Below are positions 1-11,790 of a DNA stretch of 64,000 bases, one piece after another. Both the position numbers and the translations under genes were made by a program. Within the stretch, counting starts at the first letter, position 1, and every line of letters starts with the position of its first letter. This DNA is from Rhynchopus sp. YZ270_cl-10 (Eukaryota). The notes under the pieces were generated by a model. That model was not told the origin of the DNA. It did no database searches and was given only the letters and a program-made list of their open reading frames with translations. The DNA lies in the NCBI GenBank assembly GCA_964035575.1, contig OZ037843.1, positions 1,116,001 to 1,180,000 of the forward strand, in the 5' to 3' direction.

Positions 1-665
1 TAGTGTGTGCATCAACGTCACACTCACCGAGATAGCAGGTGGCCTAGTCACTACCCTGCTTCCGTTTTTATCAGAATTTTTTTTTTTAATTTTTATTTGC
101 TTCCGAAGCGAGTCAGTGCGAACAGAAGACGGGAGAAACAAAAGGGAAAGAGAAGAACAAATAAGAAAAAAAATCTGGGGGGGGGGGGGGGGGGGTCAAA
201 AATATCAGGTCTATAGGTCAAACAAGGCATAACAGTTCCCCCTCTTTTTTCCCCCTTAGCAATGTGGTGTAAGCTTACCCTACAGTCAACGAGAAGGGAT
301 CTGGCAATTATTCCAGACACAGTGCAGCTTCTTCCCTTCTCCCTGGCCCCGTTTGTTTTAACGTAAACAACAAACAAACAACAGTTCAGGCTGGATAGGT
401 CGTAAATAACATACTAAGTAACGTGCCCTTTCTCTCTGAATTTCACGCCCCTCTACAACACTACCAAGAAACAGAGCACAAAGCTCTTGAAAACATTTTC
501 AAACCCCCTCCCCGTACATGCCATGCTCGTCATGCCCTATTCGTCAATGAGCAACTCGAAACGGGGTTTGCAAAGAAGAACACAACCACGCGGAGTTTTG
601 CGCTTTTCAACTCCCCCCTTTTAGTCAATCACAGAGGAAAAAAAAAAAACACAAATACCAAAAAT

Positions 666-866
666 ATGGCAAAAAGCAACAACCAGCGCCGTGCAGTAGC
701 GAAGAACGGTGGCCCCGCCTTCAAGCCGAAGTCCTTCAAATCGAAGGCGAAGAAGGCGTCCATCAAATCGCAGATCGAGCAGACCAAAAAATTCAACAGC
801 AAAAAACGCGGAGGTGGCCCGAGAAGCAAGCGTCAAATCGCAAAGGACTTCAAGGGCAAGAAGTAG
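666..866 (+). CDS. Small (66 aa) Lys/Arg-rich protein of unknown function, possibly nucleolar or RNA-binding
   Basis: ATG at 666 inside ORF 423..866 (MAKSNNQRRAVAKNGG...KDFKGKK). GC-rich codon-like composition against AT/poly-A flanks; pyrimidine tract and AG upstream. Confidence 0.6.
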   Translation: MAKSNNQRRAVAKNGGPAFKPKSFKSKAKKASIKSQIEQTKKFNSKKRGGGPRSKRQIAKDFKGKK

Positions 867-1418
867 TAACACTGTCCCAACGGGGAAGAGAAGGGGAAAG
901 GGGGTCGATATCAGCAAGGTGTCGGAGGTCTACACTATATAACCAACAACGGCGTTACCTTGGGCGCAACCATGTGTGTGTGTGTGTGTTTGATAGAGAA
1001 ATAGGGTTATACCATCTATTCAGTAGAATAGTTAGTATATGAAACAATTGATAGAGAAATAGGGGTAATTCTTGCGCAGAATATGGCCCATCATGTGTAT
1101 GTGTGTGTTCATGTGCAAATGAAGGTCAGATCAGGATCATGAGTGGAGCAGGATGGATAAAGGACAGCTTTCGCGTGAGGGAGAGGAGGGGAGGCTGGCC
1201 TGGAGGGGGGGGGAAAATAAAGTAGCGGAGCATACTCTAGGGTGGCTGCACTAATACAAACAAAAAGTTTTCAAAAAAAAAAAAAAAAAAATGTGGTGTA
1301 CTGTGCTGTGTTGGGGTGTTGTGTTGTATGGGCAGGGGATGGACTGTGAGGATTTCTCAGAGCTATCTTTTGTTTGTGCTTTTTTGTTATTTTTTTTTTA
1401 TTTTTTTTAAATACCTGC

Positions 1419-2025
1419 CAGAGGTTTTTTTAGGGACCGGTTTTTTTGAGCTTAGGGGGGGTGAGATGTTTTTTGAGCAAAAAAAAATTTCGCGCGCTTC
1501 GCGCGCGAAGACCCTGGAGAAGCTAGTTTGTGGGGGTTTTGGAATCCGTCCGCGCTGTGGTGGGGTCAATTTGACGAAATGGGCAAGTTCTTGCTTTGGT
1601 CAAAATGGGTGTAAGGAAAAGGGGCCAGTGAAAACATAGAGGATAATATACGAGGGTGAAATGGGTCAAGGGCTGCCCGCCGCAGGCGGAAAATTTTAAT
1701 ATCATGCACTTTTTTGGGGTCAGCAACGAGTACCATGTCATGGGAAGAGTGTGATGCTAGCTTGCGCCGCAGGCGCACGGTACGCTACTTTTATTGTTTC
1801 GCCACATCCTTTTTCTCATTCCCCGTTGGGTTCTACGAGTTTCGTCCGTCAAATGCTAGAAACACTTGTAGTTTATAGTGACTAAGTCTTTGGAAAACAC
1901 GCCCACCCTCTAACTTGCTCCTCGAATCACCCAGTTCACAAGCATTCTCACCCCCCCTAAAAACTCAAAAAAATATCGTGAGAGGGGGTGAAACCCCCCC
2001 TCACCCCCCCTAAAAAAAAACTCTG
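1419..2025. mobile_element. Non-autonomous hAT-type MITE
   Basis: Imperfect TIR CAGAGGTTTTTTTAGG / CCTAAAAAAAAACTCTG. Flanking 8-mers ATACCTGC and ATCCCTGC match at 7/8. Subterminal CTCACCCCCCCTAA motifs. Confidence 0.65.
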
Positions 2026-2419
2026 ATCCCTGCTTTCCATAGCGGTCGTGTTACTGTGTTGCAAAAAAATTTTAAAAAATAAAACAAAACACCAAGGGGT
2101 AACATTGAGTTTCTAGCCCGTCTCACCTCACGAAGGCTAATACCCACTATTTGCATGCATGAACTCGACCGAGCTGCGTTTTAGCACGTTTCAACTACTC
2201 TTTTCTAAACGGCTTGCCCAGCAACTGGAAAGCGAACAAAACAACCTTTATTTTTCCCCCCCTCCCCTCCCCGTTTTTCGTCTTTTGAGCAACAAGCAAA
2301 GAGAAACGACGTCTCGAACGTTTTTGCCCTACCTTTTTTGCAACGTTTTCACCACCCTCCGCTGACCCCCACACACCTTGCCACAGAGTACACTGATACG
2401 TTGTGCTGTTCAATATCAA

Positions 2420-4516
2420 ATGGGTTATTTGCAAGGTGTGTTGTCTTTAGACGGCGCCGTGGGGACAAAGGAACAGAAAAGACGCAAGATCCTGCTCGTG
2501 TGGTGCTCGGCAAGTGCGTTCTTCCCACTCTTCCGTTTTCTGACTAGCCTGAAACTGCGACTCAACAATCGTTTCGTGGACATGGGCCTGGTCTCTTACC
2601 TTTTGGTCATATTGCCAAGCTTGTTGGCAGTCGTCTTAATCCTCTGCAAAAGACGGTTCACCACTACCGCGGTTGTTGCAATGTTGTATACCATGGCATG
2701 CGGGATACTCACGTGGGATCTGGATGCAAGGACGATAAAGGAAACGTCGTGGCCATTGCTCGTGCTCGTGGTTGACCTGTTGCTTGTGATGCAGGTGCCT
2801 GCATGCTACAGTGTGGGGTTGGTGTGCTTCAGTATCGTGTGGCTGATTGTATTGTCATTGGATGAAAGCTTCAGGTTTGGTCTGCTCGACCTGCCTGGCA
2901 CGCAGCTGCAGGAGGAGCGGAGACGGCGTATTGCCGAGCTGCAGGCTTGCGACACGCTGCCGTGTGCAGTCGACTACCCTCCGTATTCATTGTTCATTGG
3001 CCTCGGTGTCTTCGTGATAGACTTCCTCGCAACGCGGAGCTTTGCACGTGACGTTCTGAAGGAGCAGGCGGCCATGCAGCGTACGATCAACACAGTGCAG
3101 GACATCGCCTCGCTCCTGGCTGGGTACGACGTGGAAGGCGTGGCACGCATGCTGGAGGCGCAAGAGACGTTGCTCCCAGAGGAGATGCGCGCAACGCTGC
3201 AGACGTTGGAGGAGAACCTGCGGAAGTACCGTCCCTACCTCCCTGCTGCGCTGTTTGAGGAGGATGAGGTGGACGGTGTGCAGCACACATCTGTGGCACC
3301 ACCTGGGCTTGAGAGTGAGACAGCAACGATTGTGTTCACAGACATCCGTGCCTCGACGTCGATCTGGGAGTGTGCACCGGATGGGATGCGTGCTGGGCTG
3401 AAGATACACAACCGTGTCATGCGTGAAGTGATGCAGGTGTTCGGTGGGTACGAGGTGAAGACGATTGGCGACGCCTTCATGATTGCCTTCGAGACAACAG
3501 CAGACGGAGTTAACTTTGCTCTGCAGGTACACGAGAAGCTGCTTGCAGCAGACTGGCCTGCGTCGCTGCTTGAGGATGCACCCATCTGCACACCACAAGA
3601 CTCTCTGTGGGGTGGCCTCACTGTGCGCATTGGTGTCAACACCGGCCTTGTGACTGTCGAACAGAACACACTCACTGGACGAACAGACTACTTCGGACAC
3701 ACTGTCAACGTTGCGTCACGCCTTGAGAGCACATGCAAGCCTGGAGCTGTTGCTGTTCCCTCTGACCTGTGGACATCTGACTGTGGTGCGTGCAATGGTG
3801 TTGTGGGTCATTCGGAAGCACTTGACCTGAAGGGTGTGAGCGGTGCGACGTTTGTGTGTCCTGTGTGGCCTGTGCCGCTTGTGGGCCGCAGGCAACAGCC
3901 CCTTTGCGAAGCTCCGGACAATAGAGACGGCCGCTGTGGTGTTGGCGAGTCTGACTCTGTGTCGTTGTGCACACTCGATTCCGTGGCACTGGCCCAGCAG
4001 CAGAACCCTGCTCGTTTCCTTGGCACAGTCGGTGTTGCAGATCTTGCAGTGGGCGACGAGGAACACTTCTCCGCACTGCAGTCCATGAGCAGCGGGCTGT
4101 CGACACTGACTGTTGCACTGGACCAGAGTGGCGGCAGCCTGGTGACGCTGCTTGGCAGCCGTGTCTGTGTGTCGTGGAACGTGACCCGCTCTGCCCCTGC
4201 ACACATGGAGAACGCGATCCGCTTTGCACAACGCATGAGTGGTGCGACCTTGGCAGGTGCAGGGCTTGCAAGCGGGCCTGTGCAGCATGGTGATGTGGGG
4301 GCACGCAAGCAGCGCTTTGTGACGGTGATGGGGGCAACTGTGCGCCGGAGCTGGACACTGTGCGAAGAGGCTGTGCGCGACGGTGTGGTGTGTCTGTTTG
4401 AACCTCCCGAGGGCACAACACTGCCGACTGCACTGGAGCACGTTCTATCAGAGATGACGATGTGCCCGGGTGTTTACAAGGTTGTGAATCGTACGATCAG
4501 AGATAGTGTGATCTGA
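2420..4516 (+). CDS. Membrane class III adenylate cyclase (~6 TM, active catalytic domain, degenerate second cyclase domain)
   Basis: First ATG of ORF 2378..4516. Motifs IVFTDIRAST, YEVKTIGDAFM, VRIGVNTG and TDYFGHTVNVASRLES give both metal Asp, ATP-specifying K/D and transition-state N/R. YRPYLP linker; C-terminal VSWN...HGDVG...FVTVMG degenerate domain. Confidence 0.92.
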   Translation: MGYLQGVLSLDGAVGTKEQKRRKILLVWCSASAFFPLFRFLTSLKLRLNNRFVDMGLVSYLLVILPSLLAVVLILCKRRFTTTAVVAMLYTMACGILTWDLDARTIKETSWPLLVLVVDLLLVMQVPACYSVGLVCFSIVWLIVLSLDESFRFGLLDLPGTQLQEERRRRIAELQACDTLPCAVDYPPYSLFIGLGVFVIDFLATRSFARDVLKEQAAMQRTINTVQDIASLLAGYDVEGVARMLEAQETLLPEEMRATLQTLEENLRKYRPYLPAALFEEDEVDGVQHTSVAPPGLESETATIVFTDIRASTSIWECAPDGMRAGLKIHNRVMREVMQVFGGYEVKTIGDAFMIAFETTADGVNFALQVHEKLLAADWPASLLEDAPICTPQDSLWGGLTVRIGVNTGLVTVEQNTLTGRTDYFGHTVNVASRLESTCKPGAVAVPSDLWTSDCGACNGVVGHSEALDLKGVSGATFVCPVWPVPLVGRRQQPLCEAPDNRDGRCGVGESDSVSLCTLDSVALAQQQNPARFLGTVGVADLAVGDEEHFSALQSMSSGLSTLTVALDQSGGSLVTLLGSRVCVSWNVTRSAPAHMENAIRFAQRMSGATLAGAGLASGPVQHGDVGARKQRFVTVMGATVRRSWTLCEEAVRDGVVCLFEPPEGTTLPTALEHVLSEMTMCPGVYKVVNRTIRDSVI

Positions 4517-5296
4517 GTGCTTCCGCACCACAGTACACACGATTCTGACTCAACTGCTGTGCACTGATACAGTCCCAGCTGACCTTTGCAGTAGACAAGG
4601 TGTGATTGGGTTATATATTTCCGTTGGCGTGACGAATGTTTGCAACATTGTTGCTTATTAACATGGTGAGAATGTTAGCATATGCACAACGTGTCAGGTG
4701 TGCTGACGTGCTGTAACACTAAACACAAGAGTATTATCCACTTACGTTGGTTGGGATGACGTAGACCTAAATGCTTGTGCGGAGTTGAAAGACCCGTGTT
4801 GCCATGCGCAGGGGTCTAACCTCTTTTACGGTCCTACTTCCGCTGGGCTAGCGTTATGCACAGTTTCCTCAGTACACAGATCTATGTTGCAAATCTTTGC
4901 ATCTCTCCTTTCTCGCTGTTTTTTATTTTTCTCTCCTGCCTCGTAGTAGCGGAGCGCCCAGGTCTCGGGGAATCGCATGCCCAGTTAAGTGTGAGTGACT
5001 TTCTCGTTGCTTGAAGAAGGTGGATGCGTCTCGATACAAATGAATAATTTGGTGCACATCGCGCCACTGTCCGTCTTCATGAGAATGTAGCGGCCATGCA
5101 GTGTACTCTGGGTTTTAGGAAATGTGTCTTTGAGTGAAGTAAATCCGTTTGGAGGACTCTTCGGAGCAAGGGGCGGTTGGACCCTCGCAGTTTGTGATGC
5201 CGTCTCATCACCAACCCTCCGTTTTCTCCTCGTGTCACCTTCACACCTCTCAGGTAAAACCTTTACACACTTTTTGTACATATTCATCAACAGACA

Positions 5297-7645
5297 ATGG
5301 CGAAGCTTCGTTTCTCCACGAAGTACCTGATTTTACTTGCTGGTATGGTGTCGACAGCAGCGTCGCTGGCTGGCGGGCTTGTCCTTTACTTTGAAGGGCT
5401 TGACGTCATTGAAGCAACGGTGAAGGAGGTGGCACGTGCAGATGTGCAGTACCTGAGCCAGAAGTCAACGGAACCCTTCAACTCTGCCCAAAACGCCTTG
5501 TCTGAGACCCTCGACCTTCTGCAGCGTCTGCGCTTCAACACACGTGCCGAGTTTATTGACTGGATCCGCAACAGATTGATTTGGACAACATATCACAATA
5601 AACTCCTCATCGAGTCGAGTGGGATCAGAGGCTTTACAAAGAACAACACCGCAAGCGACCAAGTATATGAAGTAATCTGGCACGAGCGCCGCATCACTGG
5701 TGAGTACGACTGGATATTTGCCACGTACGAGCCGTCTTGGAACAATACCGAGTGTGGAAGTGCCTTTCCGTGTGTGGCTGCGTACACTATTGACCCAACT
5801 TCAAACCCTTCGCCACTGTTAGACAACATCTACAACTATTCTGATGCGGGGCGCGTCCAGTACTCTCGCGATCTGCGGGGCAAGTTCGGGGATACAGGCT
5901 CGCTGTTCATTGGCCCGTGGGTGTGGTTTGCTGCGGACGGGAACCCGTATGTGTACTTTAACTACTACATGTCTGTGCCTGCTTACAATGCACCCTTCTT
6001 CTCGGACACGATGGAATTCACTATCGTGCTGGCAATCGTTGCAGACCCATGGGTGGATATGATGAAGGAGTACCGCACTGAGGCTGATGTACTCATTCTG
6101 CAGTTGGACAAACACCTGGACTCAGTTGTGCTTGCAGGGAACATTCCTGGCATTGCTCCCCAACCAGGGTGCACTGCATCCCAGAATATATTGAAAGCGA
6201 CGTGTCTGCGGACGGTTGGGCAGTTGGAGCAGAAGTACATTGACCTTATTTTAGCAGCACAATCAACCCCGAACGACTTGATTGTGAGGACGAACGGGCA
6301 CTGGTTGATAAAGACACGCATATACACGACACACCCCTCATCTGAGGGTCTCCAGGACATCTACATGCTGTGGATGCGCCCAACGAGCACTGTGGAGGCT
6401 GAGATGGACCACGCCCTTCATCTGCTGATTGCCTTTGTGGTGGGTGTGTTTTTGTTTGACTTCATGATCGGACTGCTCGAAGTATTTCTCATCGCAGTCC
6501 CAATGCGCGAAGTGGAACAGTCCTTCATAGCTCTGCAGCGAATGGACTTGGACAAAGCAGAGTCCGACGTCGAGGCAATTCGGTCATGCCTGCCAATTGA
6601 GATGAGTGAACTGTTCTCTCTGCGGAAGGGTGTGCTGTTTGCCATACAGTCTCTGCGGGAGTACAAGGCGTACTTGCCTCAGACGCTCTTTGTTGAAGAA
6701 GATGCCGAAAGTGAAAGCAACACGTCTGGAACAGAGGTCAGCCATGGTCAGCAGAGCAGCAAGCAGAGCAAGCACAGCGAGCAGTCATCATCAAAAGCAC
6801 AGTCGCACATATCGACAAAATTCACCGGCGTGAAAACAGAGATGGGAACAAGGTCATGCAGAGGTGTCGTCATGATGGTTGACTTCAACTTGCGCAACGC
6901 AAAAGGGGTTTTTGAGGTGTCGCAGTACTGCAACTCTGTGTCCTTTCTGCAAGGGTTGGCGGAAACGTACCAAGGCGTCGTGCACTCGTTCTCAACTCTC
7001 TCATGCGAAACACTTGTGATCTCATGGAACACTGCACGCCGTTGCTTCGACGGCCTGAAACAGGCAACTTCATGCGCGGACAACATTTCGAAGCGTCGCT
7101 CCGTCACCGTGAGTTACATGGGATGCACGATTCACCACGGCAACATCGGCACTGCGACAATGAGGGGCTTTGTTCTCTACGGTTCCGACGAAGGTGTGTG
7201 GAAGGCACTTTTTCAGTACGCAAAAGAGCTTCACAGAGTCCTCGACACTTCTGTCGCTGTCACAGACGGGAAAACTGCAGCAGAAATGACGTCCGTTTGT
7301 TCTCTTGTGTCTGTCGGGCGAGTGGTGTTGGGACGTAGAACTATTCCAGCGCACGTCATCCTTGGTCTGCTTCAAGACGCTGATGTTGAGTGGATGTACA
7401 GTGTCGATACTGAAGGTTCCGCTTTGTCAAAGGCCATGGATCAGATGCTGCTAGGTCAAGAGTACAGTACACAGGGAATCAAGGTCAATTCAGTGCTCGA
7501 GACGAAGCTTCTGAAGGCGTTGAACCGCAACTGTAAGAAGGAAGAGTTCATGTTGCATATGGCAAATGAGTTGTCCTGGGAGGGTGAAGCGGCAGCTGTC
7601 AAGAGTGAAATTGTAGATACCACTTGTCAAGTCAGTAACGTGTGA
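5297..7645 (+). CDS. Receptor-type pseudo-adenylate cyclase, paralog 1 (TM, ~340-aa ectodomain, TM, HAMP-like linker, degenerate cyclase domain)
   Basis: 782-aa ORF with two hydrophobic segments, REYKAYLPQ linker and VMMVDF...LVISWN...HHGNIG...FVLYG degenerate cyclase motifs. Four paralogs in the window. Confidence 0.85.
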   Translation: MAKLRFSTKYLILLAGMVSTAASLAGGLVLYFEGLDVIEATVKEVARADVQYLSQKSTEPFNSAQNALSETLDLLQRLRFNTRAEFIDWIRNRLIWTTYHNKLLIESSGIRGFTKNNTASDQVYEVIWHERRITGEYDWIFATYEPSWNNTECGSAFPCVAAYTIDPTSNPSPLLDNIYNYSDAGRVQYSRDLRGKFGDTGSLFIGPWVWFAADGNPYVYFNYYMSVPAYNAPFFSDTMEFTIVLAIVADPWVDMMKEYRTEADVLILQLDKHLDSVVLAGNIPGIAPQPGCTASQNILKATCLRTVGQLEQKYIDLILAAQSTPNDLIVRTNGHWLIKTRIYTTHPSSEGLQDIYMLWMRPTSTVEAEMDHALHLLIAFVVGVFLFDFMIGLLEVFLIAVPMREVEQSFIALQRMDLDKAESDVEAIRSCLPIEMSELFSLRKGVLFAIQSLREYKAYLPQTLFVEEDAESESNTSGTEVSHGQQSSKQSKHSEQSSSKAQSHISTKFTGVKTEMGTRSCRGVVMMVDFNLRNAKGVFEVSQYCNSVSFLQGLAETYQGVVHSFSTLSCETLVISWNTARRCFDGLKQATSCADNISKRRSVTVSYMGCTIHHGNIGTATMRGFVLYGSDEGVWKALFQYAKELHRVLDTSVAVTDGKTAAEMTSVCSLVSVGRVVLGRRTIPAHVILGLLQDADVEWMYSVDTEGSALSKAMDQMLLGQEYSTQGIKVNSVLETKLLKALNRNCKKEEFMLHMANELSWEGEAAAVKSEIVDTTCQVSNV

Positions 7646-8830
7646 CACACCCAAAAGCTCCATTTTTTGTCAAAAAGCGCTTGCCTTTTTACCCTGTCAC
7701 GAGCATCAACACCCCAATAAGACCTCCAGAACGTCTCTAAAGTCCAAAAATCGCCCCGGAATTGATTCCCCGACCTCAAAATAGGTGAAGTACCCTGTTT
7801 TTTTTTTGGGGTCAAAAATGCATTGTGTTTCATCAGTGTTCCCCTCCCAACCAGAGTGACAATGGTCTCTGCGCGTGCACCATCACCCTGACACAGTAGG
7901 GAAAATTTTCGGTGGGGGGCGTAGCTGACCGGCGTTGTAGCAGTATGCCAGCGTTTGGATTCCACGCGGGGCCCATATTTTCGCGGCCAACATTTTCCTC
8001 AAAATCCGGATTTGTAAAATTGACCCTTCCCGACATCGATTTCAAGACTATACCTTCACCTTCTTTCCCTTCGGGGGGTGAAGGAAGGTTGTGGTAGGTG
8101 TTTTAGCCCGTCACCCAAATTTCATCTGGAGTTGGGTTTTCAGACTTGAAAATGACCCTTGTTTACGAGTATGGGTTAGGTTTTGTACAAAACCGTTTTT
8201 TGATGAACAAGATAAAACAATAAGCTCGCGTTTCTTTATCGAACAGATTTTATTCTTCGCCCCGTACCCAAAACGTAAACACCACTTTGAATCAGAATAA
8301 ATATTTTCCTCTCCTTTTTTCTTCCACACGCGCTTGGTTTTTGTATTTCGCTAATTTTTATCAAAAAGCTTTGTTTCCCTTGTTTCGAGTGCGAAACGTT
8401 TCTCCATGTATTGCACGGGAAACAATATGACAAACAGGTGCAGGGTGGTTCCGTGCTTATCATAGAACCTGGCACCTTGTGTGTCTCCCAAAAACCAAAA
8501 GCGTTGTGTGTGTAGTTTTGAAGGAAGGAAAAATAAAACTCCCGATACACAGCTGTTTCAGGTACCGTTTTTCCATTTTTTCGCAGATTTTCCCAAAATT
8601 ATGTGTCCCCTCGACTCATAGAAACTCGCAAAAAAAACCCAACAAAAATACCCACCTCGCATCACTGCCCCGGGATCGAGCAAGGAACCGGGCCGGCTCG
8701 GCACCGACTGTCTGCGGCATTAAACCGAAGACAGCATCTGGCGCTAAGTTTTGCGTTTTTTTGCGGTCGATTCCACCTCATTTATTTTTATTGAGGTCAT
8801 GTGCCGTTGCGTGGGACTGGGTTCAGGTAT

Positions 8831-9178
8831 GTGTACGTGTACGTGTACGTGTACGTGTACGTGTACGTGTACGTGTACGTGTACGTGTACGTGTACGTGT
8901 ACGTGTACGTGTACGTGTACGTGTACGTGTACGTGTACGTGTACGTGTACGTGTACGTGTACGTGTACGTGTACGTGTACGTGTACGTGTACGTGTACGT
9001 GTACGTGTACGTGTACGTGTACGTGTACGTGTACGTGTACGTGTACGTGTACGTGTACGTGTACGTGTACGTGTACGTGTACGTGTACGTGTACGTGTAC
9101 GTGTACGTGTACGTGTACGTGTACGTGTACGTGTACGTGTACGTGTACGTGTACGTGTACGTGTACGTGTACGTGTAC
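8831..9178. repeat. Perfect (GTGTAC)x58 array
   Basis: 348 bp of uninterrupted 6-mer. Confidence 0.97.
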
Positions 9179-9224
9179 AACTCCATTAATTACACCACAC
9201 TGTTTTGTGTTGATTGTCTTTTCC

Positions 9225-9645
9225 CTCCCGGCGGGATCGGGAAAGTAAAGTCGGCGGGATTTTTACTTTCCCAAAAAAATTTTTTTTTGGCAAAGACATT
9301 TTTCAGCCAAAAAAAAAATTTTTTTTTGGTCGCAGACCAGCCCAAAAATGCGAAAAACCGAAAATTTTTGATGTTTTGAGCATCACATATTTATTGATAC
9401 GATACTTTACAGCCTGTAAAGTGATTGCACCGGGCTTTTACTTTACAGGCTGTAAAATGGCATTTTTTTGTATTTTAAGGGTCGGAAACCCTCACCCGCG
9501 GGAGGGAAAGCCTCATCCCTCCCTCCCCGGGCCCTCGGGATCCACTCGTGCGTAAAAAAAACGCCCTCGGGCCTTCGGCCCTCGGGCATTTTTCTTCCGC
9601 ACTCGTGAATCCCTAGGGCGCCGGACGGAGGGAGGGAAATAGCTA
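9225..9645. mobile_element. ~420-bp insertion in the GTGTAC-array element
   Basis: Absent from the homologous copy at ~39220 (TCTTTTCC|AAGACG). TTCC is duplicated at 9221-9224 and 9646-9649; TTTCCCTCCC/GGGAGGGAAA inverted repeat near the ends. Confidence 0.65.
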
Positions 9646-10579
9646 TTCCAAGACGTTCAATTTCCCCACAACCTTCCTTCCCCTCGTACAAAATGAAAAT
9701 GAAATAAGAGAGCCAGTTAGACCTACGAGGTCTTGCTGTATCAAAACCCACTTTTGGATGCGTTTGCACTTCAAACTTCTCTGTGGTCCACCTGAGTTTG
9801 CTTAAAATTTGTGGAGTTTGGTGTTATTTAAACTCTGCGAAATTTCAGGCAAAATGAGGTGCGTAGTTTGAAGTGGTTTGTTAGTGCGTGCGGATGTTTA
9901 CACTCGTTTATTTGTGTTTTTATTTTATTCGTCTTTTTGCGGAGGTCACGTACACTTTCTACAGGGGACAGTAAAATGAGATTGGCATTGTGCAACATGC
10001 ATGAAAGAAATGATATTTTGTTCTGAAACTGACCGCAGCGTGAAGATAATTATTTTAACCTTCGGATGCAGCACAGGTGCCTGTCCTAATTCTTAAGACA
10101 GAAACAGTATTACCAATCTAGTGAAAGTCTATTTATGCACGGAATTGCTTTTTCTCCTTTCAGACGTCAGACCAATGTATGACATTGCCACTCCCTGGAG
10201 TTGTGTTATCTGTAGGCCTAAAACCACAAAGCCGCATTTTTTTTTTTTTTAAAGATTGCTTGGGCGGCGAACTACTAAGTCCAGAAAATTCAGTATGTTT
10301 TTCACCTTTTTATTTTTGTTTTTTTATTTTGCTTTCCTTCTGTGTTTGCTGAGGTTTTTTATCTGATAAACAAACAGGACGTGAACGGCATTTTTTTTTT
10401 TTTATTGGAGTGGGATACTTTACGTTTTCACTGCAGCCATCAAGACCAAGACTCTCTAGGTTTACTCTTCCTCCTGGTGATCAGACATTACATCCTGTAA
10501 GGACAGAGAAAGGAATAGTTTTTTAAAATTTCCTTCCCATTCCCACCAACTTTCCCACCCTCCCCTTTATTTTTATGTA

Positions 10580-10824
10580 CCGACCCTCCCCCGTCAAATT
10601 GTCCCCCCTCCAGAACAAAAAAAGAGCACAACGCAAAAAAAAAAAACAACTTTCATTCAAACCCCCAAAAACCGGCATTTTGCCGCCAGGGACAATTTCA
10701 AGGGAGTCGTGGGGACAACCTTTGCTCTCCCTTCTTCACACCAAAACGGCCACCCCCCTGCAGTCCGAGAAATTGTCCCCTCACTTTTTCCCCCAGGGGG
10801 GACAATTTCACGGGGGAGGGTCGG
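10580..10824. mobile_element. MITE with ~29-bp TIR (Tc1/pogo-like CCG ends)
   Basis: CCGACCCTCCCCCGTCAAATTGTCCCCC ... GGGGGACAATTTCACGGGGGAGGGTCGG. Left flank TA, right flank CA. Confidence 0.7.
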
Positions 10825-11730
10825 CAGAAGGAGTATCGGTGCCTGCTTCCCATAAGGCTTGTGTGTCTGAAGTTGAAGGAAAAATGTTCACACGAACATC
10901 GGTTTCACGACATTCACCCACCATCTAAAGGGAAATCACTGAAGATGTCCACCCTTTCGAATACAACTGTGTGATTCTTAGGGTTAATGTCAGAAACCAA
11001 TCTACTGAAGTTTCAACTTTTGTGCATGAAGCATTTTACTTTTCTTTACGTTTTGCAAAACATACCACACAAAAAAGGTGGTGCCAGTATTGATCCCTCC
11101 TCCTATGCTATCAATTTATTGATTGCGTATGTTGAAATTCTATTCACATTTTTGTGCAACGAATATAAGAGATTGACAACATCTGTAGAACGTCCTTTGT
11201 ACTTTCTCTTCTTTGATGTGAAAGTATGTAAACTATTTGTTTTACCGAATAGTGGTCTCTCCTCTCGTGTATATGGTGCGCATATGTGTAGATAAGTTCG
11301 CTTCTGTGCTATCTGCTGTTCTGTTTTACACGCACAGAACGCAGCAAGCATTTTCCCTACAGCCATCGAGCAAATGGTTCACGAGCCTCCCCATATCCAC
11401 AACACACCTCGTTCCCCCTCTCCCCCTCCCCCTAGCTCGGTAGTGATTTATTGCTTTTATCTATTCAAAAAAAAAAATATATATCAGTCAATAACTGAAC
11501 CACCGGGACTTTTCTCCCAAGGTTCGTTGAACAAAAAACTGATCGTCAAAAAAAATTGTCCGACCCCGCAATTGAAAGATTTTGAGCAGCGGAATGCAAA
11601 GAAATAAAAATAAAAATAAAAAACGGCAACCCACAAGAGTAGAACAACAACCAAACTTTTGAGAAACAGACGCCAATGAGACCTAGAGTCTCTCTTCTTA
11701 CTTGTGTGCTACAGACAAACATGACAACGC

Positions 11731-11790
11731 GATTTCACCCGATTTCGCCCGATTTCACCCGATTTCACCCGATTTCACCCGATTTCGCCC
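11731..11790. repeat. (GATTTCRCCC)x6
   Basis: Six 10-mer units. Confidence 0.9.

Larger units (their letters stand above)
8650..10150. mobile_element. Dispersed repeat family of unknown class carrying an internal (GTGTAC)n array; boundaries approximate
   Basis: The same flanks recur at ~22250-22700, ~29100-29550 and ~37490-39727 (CTGTCTGCGGC..CCGAAGACAG; CTCCATTAATTACACCACAC...AGACCTACGAGGTCTTGC...). Confidence 0.65.

Noticed and set aside
2987..7375. Antisense and alternate-frame ORFs over the cyclase genes
   Set aside because: Shadow ORFs of GC-rich coding sequence with no independent motifs.
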